Shown here piece by piece: positions 1-8,328 of a stretch of DNA of 64,000 nt. Origin of the DNA: Gemmatimonadales bacterium (lineage in GTDB: Bacteria; Gemmatimonadota; Gemmatimonadetes; Gemmatimonadales; GWC2-71-9); contig JBIOTT010000024.1 of the NCBI GenBank assembly GCA_044866195.1, forward strand, positions 4,849-68,848. Reading direction: 5' to 3'. A program made the position numbers and the translations under genes. Below the pieces are notes generated by a model. That model made no database searches, was not told the origin of the DNA, and worked only from the letters and a program-made list of their open reading frames with translations. How positions within the stretch are numbered: position 1 is the first letter of the stretch; each line of letters starts with the position of its first letter.

Positions 1-2241
1 CCGGCCGGGCACCGCCGCGAAGTCGTCCATCTCGTTGTTCAGGAAGAACCCCGCGTCCGGCAGGTACACCCCGGACCCGTAGCTGCTGTTGAGCGTCACC
101 GTCACGGCGACCGCGTTGCCTTGAGCGTCGATCACCGAGTAGCTCGTCGTGTGCGTGCCGCCTGGCGCAGCCACCTCGAACGCCGGCGAGGGCGATGCGC
201 GCCCCGGCTCAATGCCGCCGGCAAGCCGCGCCGCGTATGCCTTGCTGGTGAGCTCGGCGACCGGCACCCGCACGAAGGCCGGATCTCCCAGTCGCGTGTT
301 CCGGTCCACGAACGCCCGCCGGAACGCCTCGGCAAGGAGGTGCTCGTACGCGGCGCTCCCGAAGGGGGCGAGCGTCGGCCGAGTCTCGAGCATGTTCAGG
401 ATCTCGAGCAACGCGATGCCGCCTGACGACGGGAGCGGCATGGTGAGCAGCCGGTAGCCCCGATACGTGCCCGCCAGCGGCTCGCGCCAGAGCGGCCGGT
501 ATGCCGCGAGGTCGGCGCGGGTGATGATCCCACCGCCTCGCCTCATCTCGGCGACGATCTGGTCGGCAATCAGGCCGCGATAGAAGGCCTCCGGACCCCT
601 GGCAGCGATTTGCTGGAGCGTGCGAGCCAGCGCGGGCTGTCGCAGAACGGCTCCCGGCGCGAGCGGCACATCCTGCGGAAAGAATGTCGCCCCGCCGCTG
701 AACCAGGTGATGAGGGGCCGAGCTTCGGAGAGGCTCCGAGCCAGCGCGCTGTCCACGGTGAAGCCCTGGCGGGCGAGCCGGACCGCCGGAGCGATCACGT
801 CACGGAGCGGCAGCTTCCCGTAGCGGCGACGCGCTTCCGCCAGCCCGGCGACGGACCCCGGAACCCCCACCGCGAGATGGCCCACCAGGCTCTTGCCGGT
901 CGTGCGCCCCGCCGTGCCGGCATACATATCGCGGCTGGCTGCGCGGGGCGCGACCTCCCGGAAGTCGAGCGCCGCCGTGCGGCCGCCGGCCAGGTGAAGC
1001 ACCATGAACCCGCCGCCACCCAGGTTGCCGGCAGCGGGGAGTGTCACGGCCAGCGCAAAGCCGACTGCGACTGCCGCATCAACTGCGTTGCCGCCGCGGC
1101 GGAGCATCTCGAGCCCGGCTCGACTCGCCGGCTCGCTGCTGCTCGCGATCATGGCGCGGCCCACAGGCGGCGCGCTGCGCCACATCCGGGTTTGCCCGCC
1201 CTCGCCTACGGCAACAACGGTACCGGAGCCGGGCAGTGCTGCGACTGCGTTGGACGCGACCGAATCGCGCCTGGCCCAGCGGCGGCCGTCGTCCGGGGAC
1301 TCGAACGTGCCCGCCGTTCCCACCGCGACCACGGTGGCGCCGCCTCCCTGGCCGTTCACGTAGGCGACGCTGGACAGATAGCTGGTCGCCCGCGCGCTGT
1401 CGGCGAGCCGCCAGGTCCGGCCGCCATCTGAGGTGATCGCGACGTTGGGACGCCTGGCTCCCGGGTCCGCGTAGTCACCGCCCACCGCGATGCCGTTGAG
1501 CGAGTCCCGAAACGCGAGCGAGAAGATGCCAGTGCTGGGACTGCCAGACGGCAGCGGCGTGGAGCTAGGCTCCCAGGTCCGGCCGTAATCGCTGGATCGG
1601 AACACCCGTGCGGTCGCACCCGCCCCGCCAACGCCTCCTGTGCCGATCCAGGCGCGCCCACCGGCGCCAACAGCCACGGCGGTGCCGCTCGCGGCGAACG
1701 CAGCTTCACCCGGCAGTGCGGTAGGCGACGTGGCGGCAGGCAACTGAGCCCAATGGGCGCCGCCGTCCTCCGTCCGCAGAACCAGGAACCGCCCGTCCAT
1801 CGGGTCGCCTACCGCGATCCCGCGTGACGCATCCCAGAACGCGAGGCCGTCGAGGAACACGCCCTTCCTGGTGTCGTCGTATTGCCGGATCCAGGTTCGC
1901 CCGCCATCGCTGGTCCGGTAGATGCGGGCGGTGTCGGCCCCGGCGACCATTGCGTACGCCAGTCGTTGGCTCACCGCCTCGATGTCTCGAAGATCGAGCG
2001 ACGCCGCGTCGGGGATGGGGCGGAGCTCCCAGGACCGGCCACCGTCGGTCGAGCGGAGCACGGTACCATTGGTGCCGGAAGCCCAAACCGTGCCGTCGGC
2101 GGCTGCGCTAAGGCCACGCAGGGAGGCCGTGACCGATGATGCCGAAGCAGGCGCGACCTGCGCCTCGAGCGACGAGCCAATGGCCGCCTGCAAGAGGATC
2201 AATGCGAGGACGCCGCCACGTGGTTTCAGACCGGCCCTCAC
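1..2241 (-). CDS. ggt: Secreted Asp-box (BNR) beta-propeller fused to gamma-glutamyltranspeptidase; 3' end lies beyond the left window edge
   Basis: Manual translation of the minus frame. It is absent from the ORF track because its stop is outside the window. GTG start at 2241 gives a signal-like MRAGLKPRGGVLALILLQAAIGSSLEAQV. Asp-box motifs LRSTDGGRSW, YRTSDGGRTW and ITSDGGRTW are present. The same frame then reads MIASSSEPASRAGLEMLRRGGNAVDAAVAVGFALAVTLPAAGNLGGGGFMVLH, and FFLNNEMDDF at nt 1-60, which are GGT hallmarks. No in-frame stop was seen. Confidence 0.8.
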   Translation of the reverse strand, partial: MRAGLKPRGGVLALILLQAAIGSSLEAQVAPASASSVTASLRGLSAAADGTVWASGTNGTVLRSTDGGRSWELRPIPDAASLDLRDIEAVSQRLAYAMVAGADTARIYRTSDGGRTWIRQYDDTRKGVFLDGLAFWDASRGIAVGDPMDGRFLVLRTEDGGAHWAQLPAATSPTALPGEAAFAASGTAVAVGAGGRAWIGTGGVGGAGATARVFRSSDYGRTWEPSSTPLPSGSPSTGIFSLAFRDSLNGIAVGGDYADPGARRPNVAITSDGGRTWRLADSARATSYLSSVAYVNGQGGGATVVAVGTAGTFESPDDGRRWARRDSVASNAVAALPGSGTVVAVGEGGQTRMWRSAPPVGRAMIASSSEPASRAGLEMLRRGGNAVDAAVAVGFALAVTLPAAGNLGGGGFMVLHLAGGRTAALDFREVAPRAASRDMYAGTAGRTTGKSLVGHLAVGVPGSVAGLAEARRRYGKLPLRDVIAPAVRLARQGFTVDSALARSLSEARPLITWFSGGATFFPQDVPLAPGAVLRQPALARTLQQIAARGPEAFYRGLIADQIVAEMRRGGGIITRADLAAYRPLWREPLAGTYRGYRLLTMPLPSSGGIALLEILNMLETRPTLAPFGSAAYEHLLAEAFRRAFVDRNTRLGDPAFVRVPVAELTSKAYAARLAGGIEPGRASPSPAFEVAAPGGTHTTSYSVIDAQGNAVAVTVTLNSSYGSGVYLPDAGFFLNNEMDDFAAVPGR

Positions 2242-2410
2242 GCGAGAAGATGGACGAAGCAAAGCTCGGCGGAAGTTAGCCGGTCCAGCCGGTCCCACGG
2301 TGAGCCAGCCGGAAGGTGACGCAGGTCAACGACCGGGCCCAATCCCCCCGTTAGGGGTAGGAAGTATGAGACTTCCCTTCTCCGACCGGCATGACGGCGT
2401 GAGGTAGCCA

Positions 2411-3121
2411 ATGACTTCAAACCCGATAAATGAGAGCCGTTCGGTCCGGATCCAGGCAGCCGGTGTGACCCTCGATGGCGATCTCTCCCTTCCGGCTGGC
2501 GCGACCGGGATCGTCGTCTTCGCCCACGGCAGCGGAAGCAGTCGGCTGAGCCCCAGAAATCGCGGCGTAGCCGGCCAGCTCCAGCGGGCCGGCTTCGGGA
2601 CCCTGCTCTTCGACCTGCTCACGCCGCGAGAGGACGCGATCGACTCGGTCACCGCCCAGCTGCGCTTTGACATCTCCCTGCTGGCGGAGCGCCTCGCGGG
2701 CGCAGCCGACTGGCTCGGATCGCAACCGGCGGTCCGGGGTCTAGCGACGGGCTACTTCGGAGCGAGCACAGGCGCGGCCGCCGCGCTCGTAGCGGCGGCG
2801 TTGCACCCGCAGGCGGTACAAGCCATCGTGTCCCGTGGGGGACGTCCGGACCTCGCGGGCCCGGACCTCCAGCGGGTGAAGGCTCCGACCCTGCTGATCG
2901 TGGGTGGCTACGACACCGCGGTCATCGGGATGAACCAGGCGGCGCTCGTGCAGCTCCAGGTCGACGCCAAGGAGCTCCAGATCGTGCCCCGGGCCACCCA
3001 TCTCTTCGAGGAGCCCGGCGCGCTGGATCAGGTGGCGGAGCTTGCAATCGGCTGGTTCCGGCGACACTTGGGCGCCGAGGCTCACGCAGCCGCGGGCGCG
3101 AGCCGGCACGGGCATCCGTAG
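2411..3121 (+). CDS. Dienelactone-hydrolase-type alpha/beta hydrolase
   Basis: 236 aa. Has VVFAHGSGSSRLSPRNRGVA and a nucleophile-elbow-like GYFGASTGAAAAL. GAGG sits upstream of the ATG. Confidence 0.7.
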   Translation: MTSNPINESRSVRIQAAGVTLDGDLSLPAGATGIVVFAHGSGSSRLSPRNRGVAGQLQRAGFGTLLFDLLTPREDAIDSVTAQLRFDISLLAERLAGAADWLGSQPAVRGLATGYFGASTGAAAALVAAALHPQAVQAIVSRGGRPDLAGPDLQRVKAPTLLIVGGYDTAVIGMNQAALVQLQVDAKELQIVPRATHLFEEPGALDQVAELAIGWFRRHLGAEAHAAAGASRHGHP

Positions 3122-3151
3122 AGGTGCCCGCGGGTTCGACGGGAGGCTCCC

Positions 3152-4579
3152 TTGCTCGCCTTTCCCACGAATCGGGTGAGTCCATTTATCCGGGAGATCC
3201 CGATATCGGCCCGTGACGACATGCGGGTGCCGGTCCGGGTGTACGCGGACGAAGACCTCTGGCGCCAGATCGTAGACGACCGTTCCCTCGAACAAGCGGT
3301 CAATGTCGCCACATTGCCGGGGGTGACGGGATATGTGCACACGATGCCCGACGTCCACGAGGGCTACGGCTTCCCGGTGGGCGGCGTGGCAGCGACGCGC
3401 ACCGCCGACGGCGTGATCTCCCCCGGCGGCGTGGGCTACGATATCAATTGCGGCGTTCGTCTTCTGGCGTCGGGCCTCGACCACGAGACTGCTCGGCCCT
3501 CTCTCGAGGCCGCCGTGCACGACCTCAGCCGCAGCATCCCGTCAGGACCGGGTCGTAATCCCCTCCTCGACCTGAGCGAGCCCGAGCTGAATCGGGTGCT
3601 GGACGAGGGATGCGAGTTCCTGCTGGAGCGCGGGCTGGCCACGCCTGAGGATCTGACCAGCACCGAGGCCAGCGGGCGGCTCCCCGCCGCCGACGCCAGC
3701 TGCGTCTCGGCCAGAGCCAAGCAGCGCGGCCATAATCAGCTTGGCACGATCGGCTCGGGAAATCATTTCGTGGAGGTGCAAGTCGTCGACCAAATTTTCG
3801 ATGACGCGGCAGCCGAGGCGTTCGGATTGCGGCCGGGGCAGCTCACCGTACTGATTCACACCGGCTCCCGCGGCCTCGGGCATCAGGTGTGCACCGACTA
3901 TGTCCGGCAGATGGATCAGGTAATGTCGCGCTATGGCATCCGGCTGCCGGACCGGCAACTGGCTTGCGCGCCGCTCGGCTCGCCCGAGGGACGGGCCTAT
4001 TTCGCTGCGATGTGCGCGGCGGCGAATTTCGCGTGGGCCAATCGGCAGGCGATCACCGCGAGCGCGCGGCGGGTGTTCGAGCGCACATTCGGTGACCGCG
4101 GCCAGCTTCGGGTGGTGTACGACGTCGCGCACAACATTGCCAAGCTCGAGCCGCACGGCGGGGCCGAGGTCTGCGTGCACCGGAAGGGCGCGACCCGCGC
4201 GTTCGGCCCCTCCAGCCCGGAGACGCCGGCTCGCTATCGGTCCGTGGGGCAGCCGGTCTTGATCCCGGGAAGCATGGGGACGGCCTCGTACGTGCTGGCG
4301 GGTACCGACTCTGGGATGGCAATCAGTTTCGGCAGCACCTGCCATGGCGCCGGCCGGGCGATGAGCCGGGGCGAAGCTAAACGGGCTCGCTCAGGCCATG
4401 AGGTGCGGCGGGAGCTCGAAAGCCGCGGCATTATCGTGCGCTGCCCGTCGAGCAGCGAGCTCGCCGAGGAGGCGCCGGGAGCGTACAAGGACGTCGAGCG
4501 GGTCGTCGATGTAGTGCAAGGAGCCGGCCTGGCCCGCAAAGTTGCCCGACTGAAGCCACTTGGCGTGATCAAGGGATAG
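3152..4579 (+). CDS. rtcB: RNA-splicing ligase RtcB (3'-phosphate/5'-hydroxyl RNA ligase)
   Basis: Motifs [43 protein letters not shown] and TCHGAGR. The N-terminus [21 protein letters not shown] resembles archaeal-type RtcB. TTG start is preceded by GGGAGG. Confidence 0.93.
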   Translation: MLAFPTNRVSPFIREIPISARDDMRVPVRVYADEDLWRQIVDDRSLEQAVNVATLPGVTGYVHTMPDVHEGYGFPVGGVAATRTADGVISPGGVGYDINCGVRLLASGLDHETARPSLEAAVHDLSRSIPSGPGRNPLLDLSEPELNRVLDEGCEFLLERGLATPEDLTSTEASGRLPAADASCVSARAKQRGHNQLGTIGSGNHFVEVQVVDQIFDDAAAEAFGLRPGQLTVLIHTGSRGLGHQVCTDYVRQMDQVMSRYGIRLPDRQLACAPLGSPEGRAYFAAMCAAANFAWANRQAITASARRVFERTFGDRGQLRVVYDVAHNIAKLEPHGGAEVCVHRKGATRAFGPSSPETPARYRSVGQPVLIPGSMGTASYVLAGTDSGMAISFGSTCHGAGRAMSRGEAKRARSGHEVRRELESRGIIVRCPSSSELAEEAPGAYKDVERVVDVVQGAGLARKVARLKPLGVIKG

Positions 4580-4592
4580 AGAGGAAGCAAGC

Positions 4593-5162
4593 ATGGAACT
4601 GCCGCTTCAGATCAGCACCAGGAACTTCGAGCTTTCGTCAGCGGACGAACGGGTGATCCGCGACGGGGCGGCGAAGCTCGAGACATTCGCGCGCCGGATC
4701 ATGAGCTGCCGAGTTCTGATCGAGCTCGAAACCCGGCGGCGCAGGACGGGAAACCTGTACAACGTTCGCATCGACCTCGCCGTCCCCCGCGGCGAGCTGG
4801 TGGTCAAGCGCCAGCGAGAGACGAGCTTGCTCACCGCCGCGCAACAGGCGTTCAGGGCGGCGGCCCGGCAATTACAGGACCGGACCCGCCGGCGCCGCGG
4901 AGAGGTCAAGCTCACCCAAACCGCACCGCACGCCGTGGTGGCTCGCCTCATGCCCTGGGAAGGATACGGGTTTCTCACGGCAGCAGACGGTCGCGAGATC
5001 TACTTCGACCGCCGCAGCGTGCTGGATGATGCGTTCGATCGGCTCGAGGTGGGCACCCACGTGCGCTTCGCGGCGGAGCCAGGCGAAAACGGTCCGCAAG
5101 CCAGCACCGTGGCCCTGGTCACACGTCGAGAATCACCTCGCCCTCGACGCCGTCGAGTGTAG
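4593..5162 (+). CDS. HPF/RaiA (S30AE) ribosome-associated domain fused to a C-terminal cold-shock-like domain
   Basis: The N-terminal ~75 aa (MELPLQISTRNFELSSADERVIRDGAAKLETFARRIMSCRVLIELE...) fit the HPF/RaiA pattern. The C-terminal part (WEGYGFLTAADGREIYFDRRSVLDD...EVGTHVRFAAEPGENGPQASTV) is CspA-like. A GAGAGGAAG RBS is present, and the start is 13 nt after the rtcB stop. Confidence 0.7.
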   Translation: MELPLQISTRNFELSSADERVIRDGAAKLETFARRIMSCRVLIELETRRRRTGNLYNVRIDLAVPRGELVVKRQRETSLLTAAQQAFRAAARQLQDRTRRRRGEVKLTQTAPHAVVARLMPWEGYGFLTAADGREIYFDRRSVLDDAFDRLEVGTHVRFAAEPGENGPQASTVALVTRRESPRPRRRRV

Positions 5163-5544
5163 CGTCCACCCGGACGCCGTGCAGAGTCGCCGCCTTGACG
5201 AAGGTGGGGACGCGGTCCACGCTCACCCCGCGGGCGCGGACCCGCAGCGTCCGGTCCTCCGCCCGCTCCACCTCGAACTCGGCCCCTATCCAGCCTTCCG
5301 TCTCGGCCAGGAAAATGAGCTCGTTGAGCCAGTCGACCAGCAGCGCCGCCCGGTCGGTCGCCGACACCTCGACGGTACGCCAGGTGCCGCCTGGAGCCGG
5401 TGCGCCGGCCGGGAGCTGGAGCTGTGCCAGCGCTCGGCCCGCCTCCGCAAACAGGTCAGGGAGAGAACCGGCACGCAGGCGAAGCCGGACCTCGGAAGGA
5501 TGGTGCAGGATCTCGTGGGTGGGCGGCTGGAGCGGGGCACTCAT
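5119..5544 (-). CDS. Archease (RtcB activator family)
   Basis: 141 aa. Has HPSEVRLRLRAGSLPDLFAEAGRAL, LLVDWLNELIFL and VKAATLHGVRV, matching archease family hallmarks. Confidence 0.85.
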   Translation of the reverse strand: MSAPLQPPTHEILHHPSEVRLRLRAGSLPDLFAEAGRALAQLQLPAGAPAPGGTWRTVEVSATDRAALLVDWLNELIFLAETEGWIGAEFEVERAEDRTLRVRARGVSVDRVPTFVKAATLHGVRVDATLDGVEGEVILDV

Positions 5545-5550
5545 CGGCCG

Positions 5551-5994
5551 TCAGCCAGAGGCGAGCCGCTCCAGGAGAGTCGCAGCGCTCGCGAGCACCT
5601 CCCGATCTTTGGCGCTCAGGCCGCTCAAGCGCCGGCTCAAGGCAGCCACTCGGCGGCTACGTCCGGCCCGAAGCAGGGCCTGTCCCCTGGGAGTCGCCCG
5701 CAGATAGGTGATCCGGCCGTCGAGCCGATCCCGCGAGCGGCTCACCAGCCCCTCGGCCTCCAGTGCATTGACCAAGCGGGTCATGGTCGGGGGCCTCACC
5801 TGCTCGGCCGCCGCCAGCTGTCCCAGCGTGATCGGCCCGCCCCCGAACACGATGACCGACAGCGCCGAGAGCCGGGGCGCCGAGAGTCCGGTGACGGTGT
5901 CCTCCCGGCGGAGCCGGCGCAGCAGGTGGATGGCGGCCGAGTGCAGCCGGTCGGCCAGCTGCTCGTCACGGTGGCTTGCGCGATCGGTGGTCAT
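5551..5994 (-). CDS. MarR family transcriptional regulator
   Basis: 147 aa with a winged-HTH pattern (LSVIVFGGGPITLGQLAAAEQVRPPTMTRLVNALEAEGLVSRSRDRLDGR). It ends 6 nt upstream of the archease start. Confidence 0.85.
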   Translation of the reverse strand: MTTDRASHRDEQLADRLHSAAIHLLRRLRREDTVTGLSAPRLSALSVIVFGGGPITLGQLAAAEQVRPPTMTRLVNALEAEGLVSRSRDRLDGRITYLRATPRGQALLRAGRSRRVAALSRRLSGLSAKDREVLASAATLLERLASG

Positions 5995-6012
5995 GGCCTA
6001 TCGTAGCAATAG

Positions 6013-6038
6013 TTAGCAGGGCTAATTAGTTGTGCTAA
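6013..6038. promoter_or_regulatory. Candidate MarR operator in the marR/VOC divergent region
   Basis: Inverted repeat TTAGCA-N14-TGCTAA lies in an AT-rich patch with reiterated GCTAA(T) words (tagcaatagttagcagggctaattagttgtgctaatgacatgctagc). Confidence 0.4.
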
Positions 6039-6098
6039 TGACATGCTAGCGCGCCGGCCGGCCCGGCGCAACGATCGCCTCTAACCCCGGAGGCTGCC

Positions 6099-6506
6099 AT
6101 GTCCCCGCCCGCCGAAGCGTCCACCGCCGCCCAGTTTGGATTACGCCGGATTCATCAGATCGCCGTGACGGTCCAGGACATCAGCCGCGCCACCGCGTTC
6201 TACCGCGACACCCTCGGCATGACCCTGCTGTTTCAAGCGCCGCCCGGGCTCTCCTTCTTCGATTGCGGCGGGGTGCGACTGATGCTGAGCCGGCCCGAAG
6301 GGGCTGATACGCCGCGTGGCAACTCCATCATCTACTATGGCGTGGAGGACATCCGGCAGGCTCACGCAACCCTCGCCGAGCGGGGGGTCCGGTTCATGGA
6401 GACTCCCCATCTGCTGGCCCAACTGGCTGATCGGGATGTGTGGCTCGCGGCGTTCCGGGACAGTGAGGAAAACCTGCTTGCGCTCATGAGCGAGGTGCCG
6501 CACTGA
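6099..6506 (+). CDS. VOC (glyoxalase/bleomycin-resistance/dioxygenase) family protein
   Basis: 135 aa. The pattern IHQIAVTVQDISRATAFYRDTLGMTLLF is typical of the VOC fold. GGAGG RBS present. Confidence 0.8.
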   Translation: MSPPAEASTAAQFGLRRIHQIAVTVQDISRATAFYRDTLGMTLLFQAPPGLSFFDCGGVRLMLSRPEGADTPRGNSIIYYGVEDIRQAHATLAERGVRFMETPHLLAQLADRDVWLAAFRDSEENLLALMSEVPH

Positions 6507-6527
6507 AACTGAAAGCCGCGAAAGCGC

Positions 6528-7301
6528 TCACTTGGCGTCGTGGAAAATCACGCCCAGGGTGTAGCGGGTGCCGCTCCGAACCCGGCCGACGCCATGGCGG
6601 ACGTTCACCCGGTAGTATCCTCGTCCACCCTGGACCGGGCGAGTCCGGGTCGTGAAGAACACCAATCCGCCCTGCGCACCCGTCACCACCTCCGCGGCCG
6701 ACTGGGCTCGGGGGCGCTGCTCCACCAGGAGGAACTCACCCCCACGGTAATCCACCCCGGGCCGGCTCAGGAAACAGACCAGCTGCAGCGGAAAGGCCAC
6801 GTCGCCATAGAGGTCCTGGTGCAGGCAGTTGTATCCCCCCACTTCGTAGTGCAGCAGCAGCGGTGTGGGCTTGGTCTGGCCATGCGCCCGGCAACGCGCC
6901 AGAAACGCTTCGAGCGTCGGCGGGTAGCGGTCTGCCACCCCGAGCGCCTCGTTCCAGCGGTTGGCCACCGCTGCGAGTGGCGGGTATGCGTGGACCCGGA
7001 GCGCCTGGACCACCGGCGGCAGCGGTGCGGCCAGATACTTGTAGTCGCCCTCGCCGAACCGATGGCGCGCCATCTCTACCCGATGCCGGAACCGGCTCTC
7101 GTCTGGATAGAGCGCGATCAGCTCCTTGCATTCCTCGCCGCTGAGCACCGGATCCGTTTCCGCGTAGCCACGACCCCACAGATCGCGCTCGATCCGGCTC
7201 CAGTCGAGCGCCGCGATCCGCGCGGCGACCTCGGCCGATTCGGCCGACGTCCGAGCGCCGTCATGCTGGGGTGGCGCGGTCGAGGAGCTTCTACTCATCA
7301 T
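6528..7301 (-). CDS. 2OG-Fe(II) oxygenase of the type found in ada/alkA operons (non-AlkB)
   Basis: LHYEVGGYNCLHQDLYGD (HxD) and RHGVGRVRSGTRYTLGVIFHDA. The start was re-picked at the ATGATG at 7301, which overlaps the alkA stop by 11 nt. The 340-aa track ORF has an implausible Arg/Cys-rich extension. Confidence 0.75.
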   Translation of the reverse strand: MMSRSSSTAPPQHDGARTSAESAEVAARIAALDWSRIERDLWGRGYAETDPVLSGEECKELIALYPDESRFRHRVEMARHRFGEGDYKYLAAPLPPVVQALRVHAYPPLAAVANRWNEALGVADRYPPTLEAFLARCRAHGQTKPTPLLLHYEVGGYNCLHQDLYGDVAFPLQLVCFLSRPGVDYRGGEFLLVEQRPRAQSAAEVVTGAQGGLVFFTTRTRPVQGGRGYYRVNVRHGVGRVRSGTRYTLGVIFHDAK

Positions 7302-8328
7302 GGTCGGAACGGTGCAACGAGTGCCAGAGGTGCAGCGTGGCGTACCCTCGCCAGGGACGCCAGCGCTCGGCGATGGCCGACACCTCGGACCGGCGCACGC
7401 CCCGGGCGGCGAGCGCCCTGACGAGCCCGAGATCGCTCGCAAGCAACGCATCGCGATCGCCCAACGCGCGGAGCCGCAGGTACGCTGCGGTCCACGGCCC
7501 GACACCCGGCAGCGAGAGGAGCTGGCGGTCTGCCTCTTCCGGTGGCACACGGCGCAGGCCGGAGAGATTCAGCTCGCCCTTCGCGACCGCGACCGCCGCC
7601 CCGTGCACCGCAGCGGCCTTTGCGCGGGTGAGGCCGATAGTGCGGAGCTTGGCCGGCCCCAGACCCGCGATGGCGTCCGGCCGCGGGAAGGCGTAGCGCG
7701 GCCGCATGAGCGGGATGATGTCTTCCGGGGGCAGCCGGGGTGCCGGAATCGCGGCGAGTCGGACCAGACGGTCGGTCAGGGTGCGCGCCGCCGCGACGCT
7801 CACCTGCTGCCCGAGGATCGCGCGCATCAGCGCCTCGAACGGATCGAGCAGCTGCAGCAGCCTGAGACCGGGCGGATGGGCCCCGACCACCGGGCCGAGG
7901 ACTGAATCCTGCCGGGCAATTGCGGCGAACTCCCGCAGATCGGCGTCGAGATCGAACATCCGGGTCATGACCCGGCGCAACGTGGCGGCAGGCAGCTCCG
8001 GGGCCGACCGGACGATCAGCTGCGCCGAGCCCCCGCCTCCGCCCACGACCTGCCCTGCGGCGGGGAGGCTGCGATGTTGAACCGCCAGCGTCACCGCCTG
8101 CGCCTGACTGGCACCCCCGCCCCGTGGCGCGAGCTCGAGCCACACGACCCTCTCGAACCCGTCGGCGGCTATCAGCTCGAGCGATGGGACCGCGCGGGCA
8201 GCCAGAAACCGGAGCGCCCAACCGAAATCGAGCTCCGGGCCGACGTCCAAGCGCGCGGAGCCGCGCCCAGGCCGGCGTCCCTGGCCGGCCTTGATCGCAG
8301 AGGCGCGCCTAGTCACGCTGAGTCCCAT
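7291..8328 (-). CDS. alkA: DNA-3-methyladenine glycosylase II (AlkA; AlkA_N + HhH-GPD)
   Basis: HhH-GPD motif LLSLPGVGPWTAAYLRLRALGDRDALLASDLGL. Start re-picked at ATG 8328, which overlaps the ada stop at 8309. Confidence 0.85.
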   Translation of the reverse strand: MGLSVTRRASAIKAGQGRRPGRGSARLDVGPELDFGWALRFLAARAVPSLELIAADGFERVVWLELAPRGGGASQAQAVTLAVQHRSLPAAGQVVGGGGGSAQLIVRSAPELPAATLRRVMTRMFDLDADLREFAAIARQDSVLGPVVGAHPPGLRLLQLLDPFEALMRAILGQQVSVAAARTLTDRLVRLAAIPAPRLPPEDIIPLMRPRYAFPRPDAIAGLGPAKLRTIGLTRAKAAAVHGAAVAVAKGELNLSGLRRVPPEEADRQLLSLPGVGPWTAAYLRLRALGDRDALLASDLGLVRALAARGVRRSEVSAIAERWRPWRGYATLHLWHSLHRSDHDE

